Below are positions 46,701 to 59,400 of a stretch of 64,000 nt of DNA, piece after piece. The stretch is from Pelomyxa schiedti (Eukaryota > Protista > Evosea): contig JAHLWZ010000079.1 of NCBI GenBank assembly GCA_020536535.1, positions 23,469 through 87,468 on the forward strand, read 5' to 3'. Positions within the stretch are counted from its first letter, which is position 1. Each line of letters opens with the position of its first letter. The notes under the pieces are model-generated. The model was given only the letters and a program-made list of their open reading frames with translations. It had not been told where the DNA came from and did not search any database. A program made the translations under genes and the position numbers.

Positions 46701-48520
46701 CAGTCAAAGTTCATCCAAGAGTACACTTAGCTCCACGGCCAACGTTACCAGTGAAAGTGCACCTACCAGTATTCCCCCACCACCTGTACCAAACACTGCT
46801 CCGATGTCTTTAGCTGAGCTCCAGAAGATTGCAGCTCTCAAGTCACACTCTAGTCCAAATCTCCTCAAAAACATACCCCCTCCCGCCAGCCCTCCTTCAA
46901 TACCTGCTAGTAGTACCTATACCCCCGCACCTCCACGTTTGCAAATTGGTACAGCTGCAACAAGTTCCACCCACCTTCCCCCTCCTACTCCCATCACTGG
47001 AACTGCTGCAGCTTCTGCACGAATGTTGCTTTCTTTAGTTTCAGGCTCACCCCCAATACTACCTCCCGTATCTCCCACCTTACAATCCTCTTCATCCCCA
47101 ATCACCCCTCCCCCAATGCCCTCTCCCACAACTGTAATAACACATCCCGAAAATGCACCGCACCCACTTCCAAAGTTCCCCACTGTGCCAGCAACTTCCC
47201 CTTCCCTTATTCCCATTCGTCCACCCTCATTGCGTTCAACAACACCTCCGCTTTCAACAGCCAACCCGGACTCCGCGGAGGCAAACCCTCAATCCTCGCA
47301 TTCACGCCCACAGCAGCATCATTCTCGGCACCATCGGCATACATATCACACCATTCACACAACACACATCCATAAGTCTGAATCCAACCTTTATAGCCTG
47401 ATATCTTCAACCGAGGGACTACCAAATTCCAGTGCCACCAACATAGGTCCCCCACCCAGCCCCTCTCTTGTAAGTGTTAGTCCCAGTGGAGAGACTGTGT
47501 ACGAGCTTGTGGCCGATAGTGTGCGCATTTTGTTCAACCAAGTTGGGTGCACACTACTACCTCCCCAGAAATTGGCCTGTTTTGCGTTTATTCAGGCAAA
47601 TAAATCAGTATGGACACACTCAAGGATGACCTATTTCTCACATATTTAAGCTCCTGCAAACCATCACAGACAAAATTAAAGCCGATGATTATACTGCGTT
47701 TTGCAAATCGTTTCAGCTGCTCTACTTGACAGTACCTAAGCAAACCAGTACCGGTGAGCCGATTGACCTTGTGTGGGATACCGTTCAAAATGATCTAAAC
47801 ACACTGCGGACATTGATCGGCTACATAAATTTCAAGCTTCAATACGACACGCAATCCGCAATCAAGCATTCACATACCCTACAAGTTCTCAATTGTGTAT
47901 GCAGTGTTCCGACATTCATTCTGTCCCCTAACAACGCAAGGGTTGGCTTGTTCCGAACCAAGAAGCTTCCATCGGTGGAAAATTTCAAATAGTCGATCTC
48001 CAAAGTAAATTGACAACTCTTAGTATTTCCCAAACCTGTGAACAGATATCACATCCTCTGCAACGGAGTTGTCTGAAAAACTGAAAAAGGCTTTACATGC
48101 CCTTGTACAACAGGCTTCCAATTTCACAACTCCCTCAGCCGACGAGGATCCCCACAAAAAGAACATTCTAAAGTGTTTACAGTACCTGAACAACACAACC
48201 AAGGTTACTTCTCTTGCCTCACATCCTTCGTTCTTACTGCTGCCCAGAGTTGGGTTTCCTTCCTTCAGGAACACAAGCTGCAGGCACCCACACTGCCCTA
48301 CACACCCTCAGAAGCAGATCCCAGCAAACCTGCATGCAATATCTCAGCAGCAGCCTTCCACACATCATTCGTTTTTGAGAGTGAGTTACTGCCTTCTGTA
48401 CTGGCTGCCTTTGCAACCGGAACAACCTTTTCTGCTACACCAGAAGACTTAGAAAGGTGCACAACACTGCTAATGCTTCTTTCCCTTGTTAAGAGAACAA
48501 CATATGAGGCAACACTCTAA
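43733..48520 (+). CDS. F-BAR + RhoGAP protein (MEGAP/srGAP-like) with Pro/Ser-rich linker and uncharacterised helical C-terminus
   Basis: N-terminal helical region with HLTRIAQADDHYAQAL (F-BAR-like). RhoGAP: FGVSIEDL..VPLIL..TEGIFR|ISG..VCSLFKLFLRELPAPLIP..NL|GLIF (Arg finger intact). Confidence 0.8.
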
Positions 48521-48574
48521 TATCACCAAGTGCAATTATAGCAAAACTGAGTTTTGTTTTGGATCTTCTTTTTC

Positions 48575-49428
48575 TTAGGGAATGTTGTTTTTGTCCCAGA
48601 ATCCTTTCTTTCTTGGCAACTGACATGCCCACATTATGCAAATTACTTCATTAGCCATCTAAACATTGTTAGGGGACGAAGCCAGAAGGGAAGTTGGGTA
48701 CCGTTAAAAATACAGTAGTGCACTGAATAGTCAACTGAACAATAAGTTCTATTCGTTCTTCCTGGGAGGATTCAGAAAGCGCACTTGTGCTTGTTGAGGA
48801 AAGTGAAAATGAGGAAGAGGAAGAGGACGAGGAAGAAGATGGCATTGAAGAGAAGGAAGATGAAGTGTTAGAATTATAGTCGATCATGAAGAGTGCCACA
48901 GTTGCAAGTGCGGCAGCATTGAGGCAAAGGGCAAGTGTGTTGCAAATCAAGTACTATTCTACATAAGTTTTTTGGAAAGAAGACGGACCTCTTACGATAA
49001 TATAGAGGAACACATTTCTTGCACACGCCTGGGGAGTGTAAGAACGATAAAGTCAGAAGGCTATACCAGGATCACGCAAAGAATACCACTGCCCATCAGT
49101 AAACCACTTAAAATAATAATGATAGTCATTTCGCCGCCTGGGTGACAGTATTACTCATAGCGGGAGGAGACCTTCAACATACCATTGGAGATATTAACTT
49201 CCGGAGTCTCCACAACGTGCCATGATATGTACGGTATCACTTGGCTACCGGTCAGAACAGGAATTTTAAAAAAATAAGGGAAATACAATCGGCAGTGACA
49301 ACGCTCAACAGTAGAAGTAAGCCGAAGACCTGGGTGTGTTTGTAAGTTCTGAGCATCCAACTCCACTCACACACAAATTGGAAGACGGCGAAGTTAAAAG
49401 CCAGGCACAGACAACTCTTCGCGCCCAT
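48575..49428 (-). CDS. Four-TM membrane protein of unknown function (tetraspan-like topology)
   Basis: Spliced model MGAKSCLCLAFNFAVFQF|VFGLLLLLSVV..IIIILSGLLMGSGILCVIL|..YLICNTLALCLNAAALATVALF..(Ser-rich loop)..LIVQLTIQCTTVFLT|MANEVICIMWAC..NNIP*. Confidence 0.55.
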
Positions 49429-49688
49429 TCCCCTGAACCAACTCAGTCCCGAGTGATGTGACCTTCCTGGAATTCTGTTCTTCGATTGTTTCTTCGATTG
49501 GGCGTTGTGCTGATGGGCTTGTACACTGTGGTGCACAGTAGTTATTTCATTCACAGGCCGGTGTTCTGGGTATAGTATCCAGCACTCCGATCTAATAGAG
49601 ATGCCACTGGGGTTTCCCTCTGACTCTTCTGAGTTCCCACACCAAAGATCTAAAGATCCTAGGTTTCCAGTAACAACAAGAAACCAAA

Positions 49689-50787
49689 ATGCTTGGGACG
49701 CACTCACTGTTTAAGGGTGGGTTTTTCCGTCGTTTTTTTGCTTGAGATGTTTTAATTTACCGGACATTTGGAATACAGCACACCCCTGGCATGGTACATT
49801 TCCCTCTTTTGTTGGTTGTCTCTTAAGTTCACCCTTTGTAAGGTGTTCCTATTGGAACCAAGGCACCACAAGTTGTCACTGCTTTCATTGAAATGGTGCC
49901 TTCGGACTCAGTAAAGGTATTTATATTATTTCCTTGCTTATTATTAACTGTTGGGTTGGTAATACTTTTAACAGTACGAAGTTGACAAGGGTCTGTTGAC
50001 TCAACAACAAGTCCAACCTTTTTGTAATAACTATTAACAGTTACCGGCTATTTGAAAGTCGATAGGCCTCAGAAGTATTCCAATGTTGTTCCTTCACTCT
50101 ATGGATTCATCCCACAGACATATTGTGGGGAAAGGGTTGTTCGCTAGCCACTGAGACCTTCTCAAAGTTAACTCCCCTCAAGGTTGCCGAAAAAGCAGGA
50201 GTAAAGGAAGCTGATGGAGACCCTTTGGACATTTGTGTGCTGAGGTTTGTAATTCATTTCAAATCCCCAGTTTAAGCTATCTATTAGTGAGCGCCCTATA
50301 GTACACGGCGATATCCTGGTGCAAGCTGTTCCCTTGGGTGGCATTAGGCTCATCGATCGAGGGCAGGCTGATGACAAGATCATTGCATACCTCCAACAAG
50401 CACGATTATTCCTTTTTTTACACTTCCTCCCTAAAACATAGTTCAGGATGAATTCTATCAAGGATGGCGAACTCTCTCAGATATGCCAACGGTAGTTCTC
50501 CTTCACATTCCCCAATCAACACTTATATTTCCCCATACAAGTCTATGGTGAAGCGCTTGGAGCACTACTTTTTGACGTACAAAAGCCCACCCGGAGAGGC
50601 TTCCCTATGTGAAATCCGGGCAATCTATGGCCGTGAAGATGCATTGGATGTCATCACCAGAAGCATGCTTGACTACAACACATACACCACCGTTCACCAT
50701 GACTTACGCCTTACCAACACAATTCCGGTAACCACCACACCCTCCACCCCATCAAGCTCAACAACCACACAACAAAGTGGTCACTAA
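49689..50787 (+). CDS. ppa: Soluble family I inorganic pyrophosphatase, prokaryote-like HPWHG type, 9 exons
   Basis: FK|AHPWHG|V..FIEMVP..VK|[62 protein letters not shown]. Confidence 0.93.
50400..50446 (+). other. GC-AG intron (CAA|gcacga...ttcag) in ppa
   Basis: Read-through hits an in-frame TAG and no GT donor is available. Removal gives [10 protein letters not shown]|[14 protein letters not shown]. Confidence 0.8.
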
Positions 50788-50843
50788 AAGCTTAATGTTG
50801 CCCTTGGACTTTTTTTTTTTACACAACAATGGGTGTTTATCTT

Positions 50844-53453
50844 TTAAGAGGATTGTTTGTTGAATAATAATAAAACGGGTTCCTCAGGCGGAAGACCGAC
50901 TGCTTGGTCGTCCGGAGTCCTCTCAGTCCCCAGAACTGGAGAATGTGTGGAACCATGGCTCGAATGACTTGACTTCCACTTGCCATGGCTGTGGTGATGG
51001 TGCTTTTCATTAGTCTCAGCCGGAACAGGAGCCGGCGCCGGCGGCAGTGGCAGAACAGCATCCACAGAGGAGGTTTCAAGAGGAGGGGGTGGGCACAGTG
51101 GGGCATCCAACGGAGGAGGAAGAGGAAGAGGAAGAGAAATAGGAGGAGGCGGAGGTAGCGAATCGCCGGACTCTTGCGGCGGTGGGGGGGGCAGAGGCGC
51201 TGGAGTGGTAATGAGAGTGGGAGTAGGGGACTCCGTGACGGGAGGAAGTGTGGCAAAATCCGGGGGGAGCGGCAGGACTGTTTCGGCGCCGGAGTTGAGC
51301 GGCGGGGGGACAGGAAGAGTCTCCGGGGGATCCACAGGGGCAGGGAGGGTGGTTGAGGCGGCGGGGGGCTCCGGAGTGAGTTGGAGGGATTCTGGAGGCG
51401 GAGCTAAGGTGGCAACGGAGTCGGGCTGGGGGAGCGTCTCGGGGGGGAGATCAGGGGAAGGCAGCTGAAGAGCTGTTGTGGTTGCGGGCTCTGGAGGGGG
51501 CGGGAGAGTGTCGGCTGGTTCTGGATCAGGGGGAGGCGGGAGGGTTTCGGTTTCGTCGGGTGCTGGAGGCAGAGTGTCACCAGGGGGGAGTGGGGTGGTA
51601 TCAGTTTCTGTGGAAACTGGGGGATATGGGGTGTATTGCTGTTGCGGCGGCGGGGATGGTGAAAAGTGGCGTGCGGATGGGCTTGGTGTGCGTTGCTGGG
51701 GTGATGAAGAACCTTGCCTCTCCATTTGATCAAAATTGGGAGGCAGAGGACCTGGCTGTGAAGGAATGTAGGCTACTCCACTCGTTTGTGGTGGCCTAGA
51801 CACGAACCCTGGAGGGGGCATTGGAGGTTGTGCTCCTGGCGGATACACTGCTGGTCCCTGTGAATATCCTGGTGGGTAGACGGGTTGTTGTGGGTAAGGT
51901 CTTGGCTGTCCTGGAGTTTGGTACCCTGGTTGGGAAGCGGGTACGTAGGTAGGAGGGCAGGACAATGGTGGGGAATAGGGTTGGCCATTGTATGGACCAC
52001 TAGAAGTCAATTGATTTACATATGGAGAGGCTTGTGCCATTGAAGGACTGGAGGCATACAGTGGATTGGGCATATAACTTGAGTTTTGAGGGTATGGAGG
52101 TTGACCATAAATAGATGGAGGTTGTGGATAAGGCGGCTGCGGACCTGTGTAAGTGCGAGGTTGTCCGGGGAATGTCGGTTGAGGGGGTTGCCCAGTGTAC
52201 CCCGGTTGAAGTGGTTGACCAGGGAACCCAGGTTGGGGTGGTTGGCCAGTATAGGCCGGTTGAGGGTGCCCAGTAGGTCCTGGTGAAGTATTCCGCTCGG
52301 GATTTCTAAGTGGTCTTTCAACAGGTGTTGCCGCAGCTGCAAAAAAGTATCAGATAGTTGATAGAAGTACTAAATGTACCAAGTTTTTTTGCTATTTCAT
52401 GATTCTTAACACTTTCCAAAACAGCTAGAAATATTGTTAATTGAGAGCAACTGATAATGTGAATTAACATTGTGTGATCCATCTTATTAGTGCATCCATA
52501 TCAGCCTTTGACTCCTCATCTAATTCTAAAGGTCCAGATTTAGTCTTCGCCATTCCAGTGAGAAACACTGTACAAAGAAAATAAGAATTTTGAAGTACAA
52601 AGCTGTGTGTGATACCAGCTTTGGTAAATCTAAGATCTGTAGCCTGTTGTCTAATTGCTGGACGTTTCTATAGAGCAAGTATAGTTTAATGTTGCATCGG
52701 AAGTGAGAAATACCACTCCTGTTCTCTTTGGCGCCGTATCACAACATGTTAGTACAAGTCCTGGCTCCGAATGTGCCATGTATTTGCACTCTTCTCGTAT
52801 TGAGCCCAGGAAAGTCATGTCGGTCTCTTCAAGGAGTTTGTGCTTGCTGCTTTCTGGAGGAAGTTGAGTGAGGAGCAATAAGAGAGGTGAAGTACTGGAA
52901 TGAATCCATTTTAATTCATCCGCACGCAATACAATCAGAAATGCGTGGGCCTCGTTAGCTGGGAATAGTGGGATAGAAGCCATGTTCTCTTGCAACAAAT
53001 TTGCGTTATCATTAAGACCCTGTCTCACACGCCGGACGATTTGCATGTCTGGGAGCATTGTTTCCTTGGTAAATCTAAGTTCTTCATGTAAGATGTATGA
53101 GAGCACGATTTTGATTCTATAAAATGTATTATCTTGACCTCAAACCCGCAGTATCACACAGCTTGAGGGTCATCCCATAAGCACCTATTGACAAGGGCAT
53201 CACACGCAAAAATACCGTCCCACGCGATGCATCGTTCATAACAGGGTAAGGGTCAATATTCTATTTCAAAGTGCCTCAGCCAACCGGGCAACAAATTGAC
53301 GAGGGGGAAAAAAAACAACAAGAAAGAAAAACTCATACACACCAGTTGTGTCAGTCTCCTATAAAGCAGATTGAGCAGCGTTGACTTGCCCGCGTGTCCA
53401 CGCCCCACCACGTACAAGTTGACTTTGGTCGTCGGCCCCCCGGTTGTCGCCAT
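50844..53453 (-). CDS. P-loop GTPase (IFI44-like) with a very long Pro/Gln/Tyr-rich C-terminal tail
   Basis: G1 VVGRGHAGKSTLLN, G2 SRGT, G3 LCDTAGL, HAFLIVL, G4-like VLTCCD; tail ORF at 50844-52073. Confidence 0.6.
52165..52272 (-). repeat. About 4 copies of a degenerate 27-nt/9-aa repeat PQP(A/G/T)(Y/F)(T/P)GQP
   Basis: Translation GHPQPAYTGQPPQPGFPGQPLQPGYTGQPPQPTFPGQP. Confidence 0.75.
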
Positions 53454-53615
53454 CACTGCTGGCTCCCTTTGTTTGTTTTTTTTTTCCCTGTTTGTGAGTG
53501 CACAAACGAACGAAGATTTTTCAAACGGTTTTTCTTTGTTTCGTGTTTGATCAAACGCGAAAACGCAGGAGATTGCGATACCAAAAGGGGTTTACGGCAA
53601 TCATAGGTGGAGTGA

Positions 53616-55926
53616 TTAATAGCGGACGGTGTCGTGGGGGTTGGTGGTTGGGAGGTTGTATGCCGGTTGCTTGCCTGATGACAGCTCCATGAGGGTGTAG
53701 TTGTAGGATCCATACTGCTCTTTGTTGAGGAGGTAGCTCTGAGCCTGCCACTCGATATCAAAGTAGTGTGCGTAGTAATCTTTAGTGCAGTTCAGAGGGC
53801 GAGGGTTGGCAGATACTACATACTTCGGAAGCCACCAACTTGTTTATCCAAAACGTCATAGGGCCAGAAGTAATAGCCGCACCAATCTTCTGAGTCCACA
53901 AGCATGTCCTGGTATATTTGGAGTGCTTTGTTCAACTGTTTAGTACAGGTAAATAATTCAGTATCGAAAGCATACGTTCCCAAATATAAGCAAGAGCAGA
54001 AGGATTGTTTAGGGGAGTTGCGACAATTATCTGTGATTGATCAACTTTATTAACTCCGAGCATCGTCATCCCCAGGAGATCGCCCTGCACACTTGTTTGC
54101 CTAAAAGAACTGAGCGGTGGCCGCTAAATGTAATTCCCCCTACGTTGAAACTACGAAATATCTGTATGAATCGTCACAAGCAAGCGTGTTTTTGCATTGG
54201 AATTCGGTGGGCTGCAGTGAGACCTACGGACAGTGAAACCATAAAAGTCAGAACGTGCAGTGCTCTTACATTGACCAAGTGTTCCATGAAGCTGGCATCA
54301 AGGCAAGTCTCGGAGATATCAAAGTAATCGTCGGCAGCAAGAGGTCCTGTCCTGTAATGCTTGTTCTTGGTCACACCAGTTTTTTCTGATCTGCGTCCTG
54401 TGGGACCTGGGGATTGTTGGACACAAGATAACCTGTAGAGTGTTATTAATTGTAAGGCAAAAAAAAAAAAAAAACCAATTGGCAGGATTGAGTGGATTTG
54501 GACAAAGAGCAAATTCATCCCAGGCACTAATCTCCTGCATCCAATAGGCTATAGAGTGAGAGCCACGAGCGCCACGACCATATGGGTTGTCACCATAAAC
54601 TAGATCATACCAGCTGTTTCGTATGATAAACCCTACAAAATGTGGGATTCAGTTCACCAAGACAAAAGTAATTACCGCCTTTGAAACCCTCTCTTGTGAC
54701 AAATCCATCATTGAATCCCACTACATTCATCGCATGGCCACCCTCAATCTCCATAACACCATGCATGAAGAATTCACCGTCCATATCTTGATAGTTAAAG
54801 AGAAACTACCGCTGTGTGGAGGTACAGGGAAAGACAAAGGATACTGTACATAGCACCTTGCACTTCGCCACAAAACTGTGAGTAATAGAACCGGTCTGTG
54901 GGGCACGTTACTTTGTTTGTCTCATTGCAAATATCCTGGGCGCCCCAGTAGCTATCAGAGCACCTAAATACTGGTTACAAAGGAGTAGGTGGTAATTGGA
55001 ACAACGGGAAGTAATATGACACGACATGCATCAAGGAAGACCACCCAAGGGGCATTTTATACTTTAACAAGAGTGCCCTTGTGTCCTATATTATGTATTA
55101 ATAAGAGTGCAAACTGCAACTGGCACTTTACCTTGGCATTATACGCTACCTCCATCGATTTAATGTCGAACCTTATTGGATTTTGATCCAGAGCTTTGTC
55201 AATTCCGGGACACTGAGTTTCTAAATTGGTGTTAAAGGGATACCCAAAAATTTTTAGGAAACGAGCCTCCATCGATGTCGGTGTAAGGGCAAACCGCTAC
55301 AGGTAAAACTTTGTTATACAGTTCTGACAAACTGTGGCATTTAAACAAAAGAAGATTTACATTGTCAAGTTACCTGTAAATCCAGCCAATTTCTCCTCCC
55401 TCAGTTGAGTTCTGAATTACATAGTCCCCAGGAACATCACAAACTTCGGGGTGTTTGGCACAGGCGCGCATCATGGAAATACCATACCTGATTAATCAGT
55501 TAGAATTTGTAACAGAAAATAAAACTAATGTACGCTTGTTCACTGAATTTCACATATTCGTCACGTTGGAGGAAACCCTTTTTAACACCATTCTGGCGAT
55601 AGGACTGCTCAAGAAGACCAATGGTGGCAAAATCCCAGCAAGTACCGCGATCAACTTGATAGTAGCGAGGCGTCTCGTAGTCGCATGCCCATTTAACGTT
55701 TGTAACAGTCTGCATTAAATTTGAACAGTAAACCAACATAGGAGAAACTTGCCTGCATCTGGTCATCCAAAGTGTTTTGCTTGGATTTCACGTCCTTCAC
55801 GAGTGGGATTGTAGCGGCCACCATGATAAAAGTCACGACACCGGCAATAGCGGCTACTGCGGCGATACCGATAACGATTGGATCTCGCTTCGGGGCCTTG
55901 TGGTGGTGATGGTGTCGGTCCCCCAT
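53616..55926 (-). CDS. Papain-family (C1A) cysteine protease, type II membrane-anchored
   Basis: N-terminal TM IVIGIAAVAAIAGVVTFIMVAA; QVDRGTCWDFA (oxyanion Gln and catalytic Cys); FSEQA; GGHAMNVVG (His); FIIRNSW (Asn). Confidence 0.85.
55710..55752 (-). other. GC-AG intron with consensus CAG|gcaagt in the C1A protease
   Basis: 43 nt, phase 0, joins DDQMQ|TVTNVKW. The only in-frame GT alternative I found gives an atypically short 28-nt intron. Confidence 0.7.
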
Positions 55927-56409
55927 TATGGGGTCTTCATCCTCCTTGTGCGTGTTGGCTGTTGCGTAGTTAGTTTGTTCGTTCTTAGAATTGATAACAA
56001 TGCAGTGTTGTGACAGACGAGCGGGGGTTTTACTTGACATGGGCTGCCGATACTCCTCGCCCCTTGTTGTTTTTTTCCTTTTTTCTTTTGTGCGTTTTCG
56101 GTGTGCCCTTCCCCAAAACCGTTGCAACAGCACTTTCTCATAATCAGAATTCTCCGCCAGCCAGATCCGCCTGATGACCGCTCGCTCACCGTTCTTCGTG
56201 GTACTTGGCAGAATAGGCACTACGGCTGATAGCACTCGATCTCCTGAGAAAGGCCAGCATCATCTTCAAGACCAAAAAAAAAAAACAAAACAAAAAATCC
56301 GTTTCCATCGGAAAGTCGTGTGGGGCACAAATCAACGCCCCTTCGTTCACGTCAATAACAACCACCCGGTCCTTACTACCGTCCCACAATCGCCCCGGTT
56401 ACCCCCACC

Positions 56410-59400
56410 ATGTTCAACCTCAAGTGCGTTTTTTCCCCACCCTATTTCTTTTTGATTTTCCTTTCCAAAACCTAGCCAACAACGTTCCCCACTGCTCTTT
56501 TCTCCTTATCATTTTTATGCCATTAAAAAATATTCTGATGTCACACAGTACGTGGTTGAAGCTACTGCCGTTTGGGCCGTCGACCGCACCCACAAACACT
56601 CCAGCACCCACTATCACAGGTAGTACCAGTGTACCCCTGCTGCCCGCACCCCCTTCCACATCATCATCGTCAACGCCCTCCACAGCAACCACAAGTGGCG
56701 CCACATCCACATTAGCCCCGTCGGCATCACAGCCTGGTGGCGGCACCTCGCCATCAACAGCCCCTGGGGGTGGTGCTGCATCAGGGACATCGGGCGTGGG
56801 TTCTGGTGGTGCATTATCGCTGATTGGTGGGTTGTTCTCGTCGGCGCCTACTACCTCCACTGGCCCCCCTGGTGTGTTCGTTACCTGATGCTTTTTTTGC
56901 TTCTCCTAATATCATTTTTTTCCTCCCACACCCTTTTTTTTTTTTTCTCCCATTTAAAATGGCTTTCTCTTACAGCACCCGGTGGGAGTCAACCTGTTTC
57001 CACAGCGCCATTAGCCTTGGTACCCATATTCCCACCAATGAACTGTGGTGAAGATGTTATAGCTGCCTTTTACCTTCATCCAAATGCTGTTGTCTGTGTT
57101 TCTAGATCATATATACAAATGTTTGTGGCTACTAGTGCACCAAGTTCCCGCACAACCCAGCCAACAGTAACAACACAAATAAATGCGCCCAAACCGCCCA
57201 ATGTACCTCCAAATCCACAGCAGCCCACCACTGCAAGTTCTGATACAACTTTGCGTGGGACTCCCAATCCCTCCCCAAAACCTCCTGTGGATGACAAGAA
57301 TTCCTCAACATCCGTGACCACACTTACAACTCCTTTGCCCCCACCAGAAGCCCCAAGTTCTGCAGCTTCAAAAACAAGCACAAGCACAACCACACCAAAC
57401 ACTACTGTGCCGACCCTAGCGCCAGATTTGTCCTCGTTGGTAACATTTCATTTATTGATTTATGAGACTACTACATTCTAAAACACAATTTAGACAACAT
57501 CATGGAAGCCTGTCTCTTTATCCCCTCGCGATCCGAGTAAACGAGGAGCGTTCTCAATCCCCACTCATGGTGTAGTAACATCAGCTATTCTTGCATTTCC
57601 ATATGCCACAACTGCGTCATGGATAAATGCTATCATTCAGGAGTCTCACAGTATCCAGGGTATCATTCTCTTTTCCTTGCTCCATCTTGCTTATTCCTCT
57701 CTAGCGAGTGATAAGCCTACACCCACAAGTGAAGCTGGTGGCAGCACTGTTCCATATGAAATGGTTATTCTCGCTGGTGAAGAGGATGGCTTTGTTCATG
57801 TCTATGATGTATAGTGGCAGATTGTTACGCCATTTATTTTAACCATTTCCAGGGTTGCACTGGACTTCATGTTGCTAGGTTGGGGTTGGACTCGGCAGAA
57901 GTACATTGCCATGAAGTCCTGTTTTTTTTTTTTAACAAACTACGTAGGTTTCCGGGAAACCTGCAAATGTACCAGGAAGTAAGACCCCAAGTTATTCGCA
58001 CAATGGCCCGATCAAAGGTCTCACATGCGTCTCCAACTCCTGTGTTTGCTCAGGAGGTGCGGATGGATTCGTAAGAATGTGGGACTGGAGGGCAAATAAG
58101 GTTACTAGTTTCTCTCTGACACTGGATTAATATGTACACAGTTTATTGCCACATTCACAACAAAACAATCTCGGCGGAAGGCAGTCAGATTCCAGACAGA
58201 AGTCACATCCCTTGCATACGACTCTGCCAGACGTTGTTTATTTGCTGCGTTCATGCACGGCGTTATATTGGGATTTTCTGTGGACACCCACACACAGGCA
58301 CACATGTCATCTGATTCTTACCAGCTCACCTTCAAAGATAATGGAAATTGAAGGACATGAAAAGCCTCCTATTTATTCGATGGTTGTAGATGTACATGCG
58401 GATGTGCTGTTTTCTTCTGCTGCAGATGGTACTTTGAATATGTGGGCTCTCCATGATGGTAACACCTTAGGCACGTAGTTATACTCATTCTCATAGGGAA
58501 AGAACTCCATGTTTTTCACGAATTTTGCCTTTGTGCCCACTACGACCCCTTGAGAGTAAGCACAGTAATTTTGTTTTGTTCCTAATGTCCTGCTGTAGGG
58601 ATTCTTGTTCTATGGAAATACACGAGGAATAATCACTATAATCAAGGTCCCAGGAATGCAGTATTTCTGCCCCTCTAACCCATCAACAGGTTGTTTTGCA
58701 ATCCAATAAAAAAGGTTTCAGAAACTTCTGGTTATTTCCTTCTCAATAGAAATGTTCCCTTTTTTTTATCACAACAGAAGCAAGAGTTATGAAACGCATC
58801 GATACAGGATCCAACCAACCCATTGTTGCTTTGTGGTATCACTCAAGGTAGTGCTAATCTTTTTGAATGTTATTTACTGGCGGAAGATATGACATATTAG
58901 TTACGGCCGATAGAACTGACTGCGTTAAATGCTTCGTCGGTGTAACGAGAATTTCATTTAGCCAAGGTACCTAGGACAATTTAGTAACACTAATATACTC
59001 CAGTTATGGAAAGCCTCAAAGGAGTTGATTTCACCAGTGATTTATCACTAGAGATAGTGTCCAAATTGCTAAGTGAGCTCGAAGCTTCAGCAGTTGCCAT
59101 TGGTATGATTTATTTCTATTTTTTTGGTCATTGAATGTCCTTGAAGATGAAATCGAAGGAGATCAGCTGCTTTCCAAAGAGCGCGATTTTCTATCACAGT
59201 GTGCACAGTTGTTCGAGGGTGAAACCGCTGGTGCCCACATCGATGTACTTGCTCAGGGTAAGTGGCAGGAGCATGTCTCCCACGAATTAAAGAAATTCAG
59301 AATATCTGGCAACTCGAAAAAATTTAGAGGCTTCTCTTATGAGGAATAATACACTGTATTCATCGGAACTGTCGAGCCTTAAGTACCACCCATCATCCAT

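Noticed and set aside
49689-49716. Organellar targeting peptide on the PPase (MLGTHSLFK)
   Set aside because: Only a few residues precede the conserved FKAHPWHG; too short to support a call.
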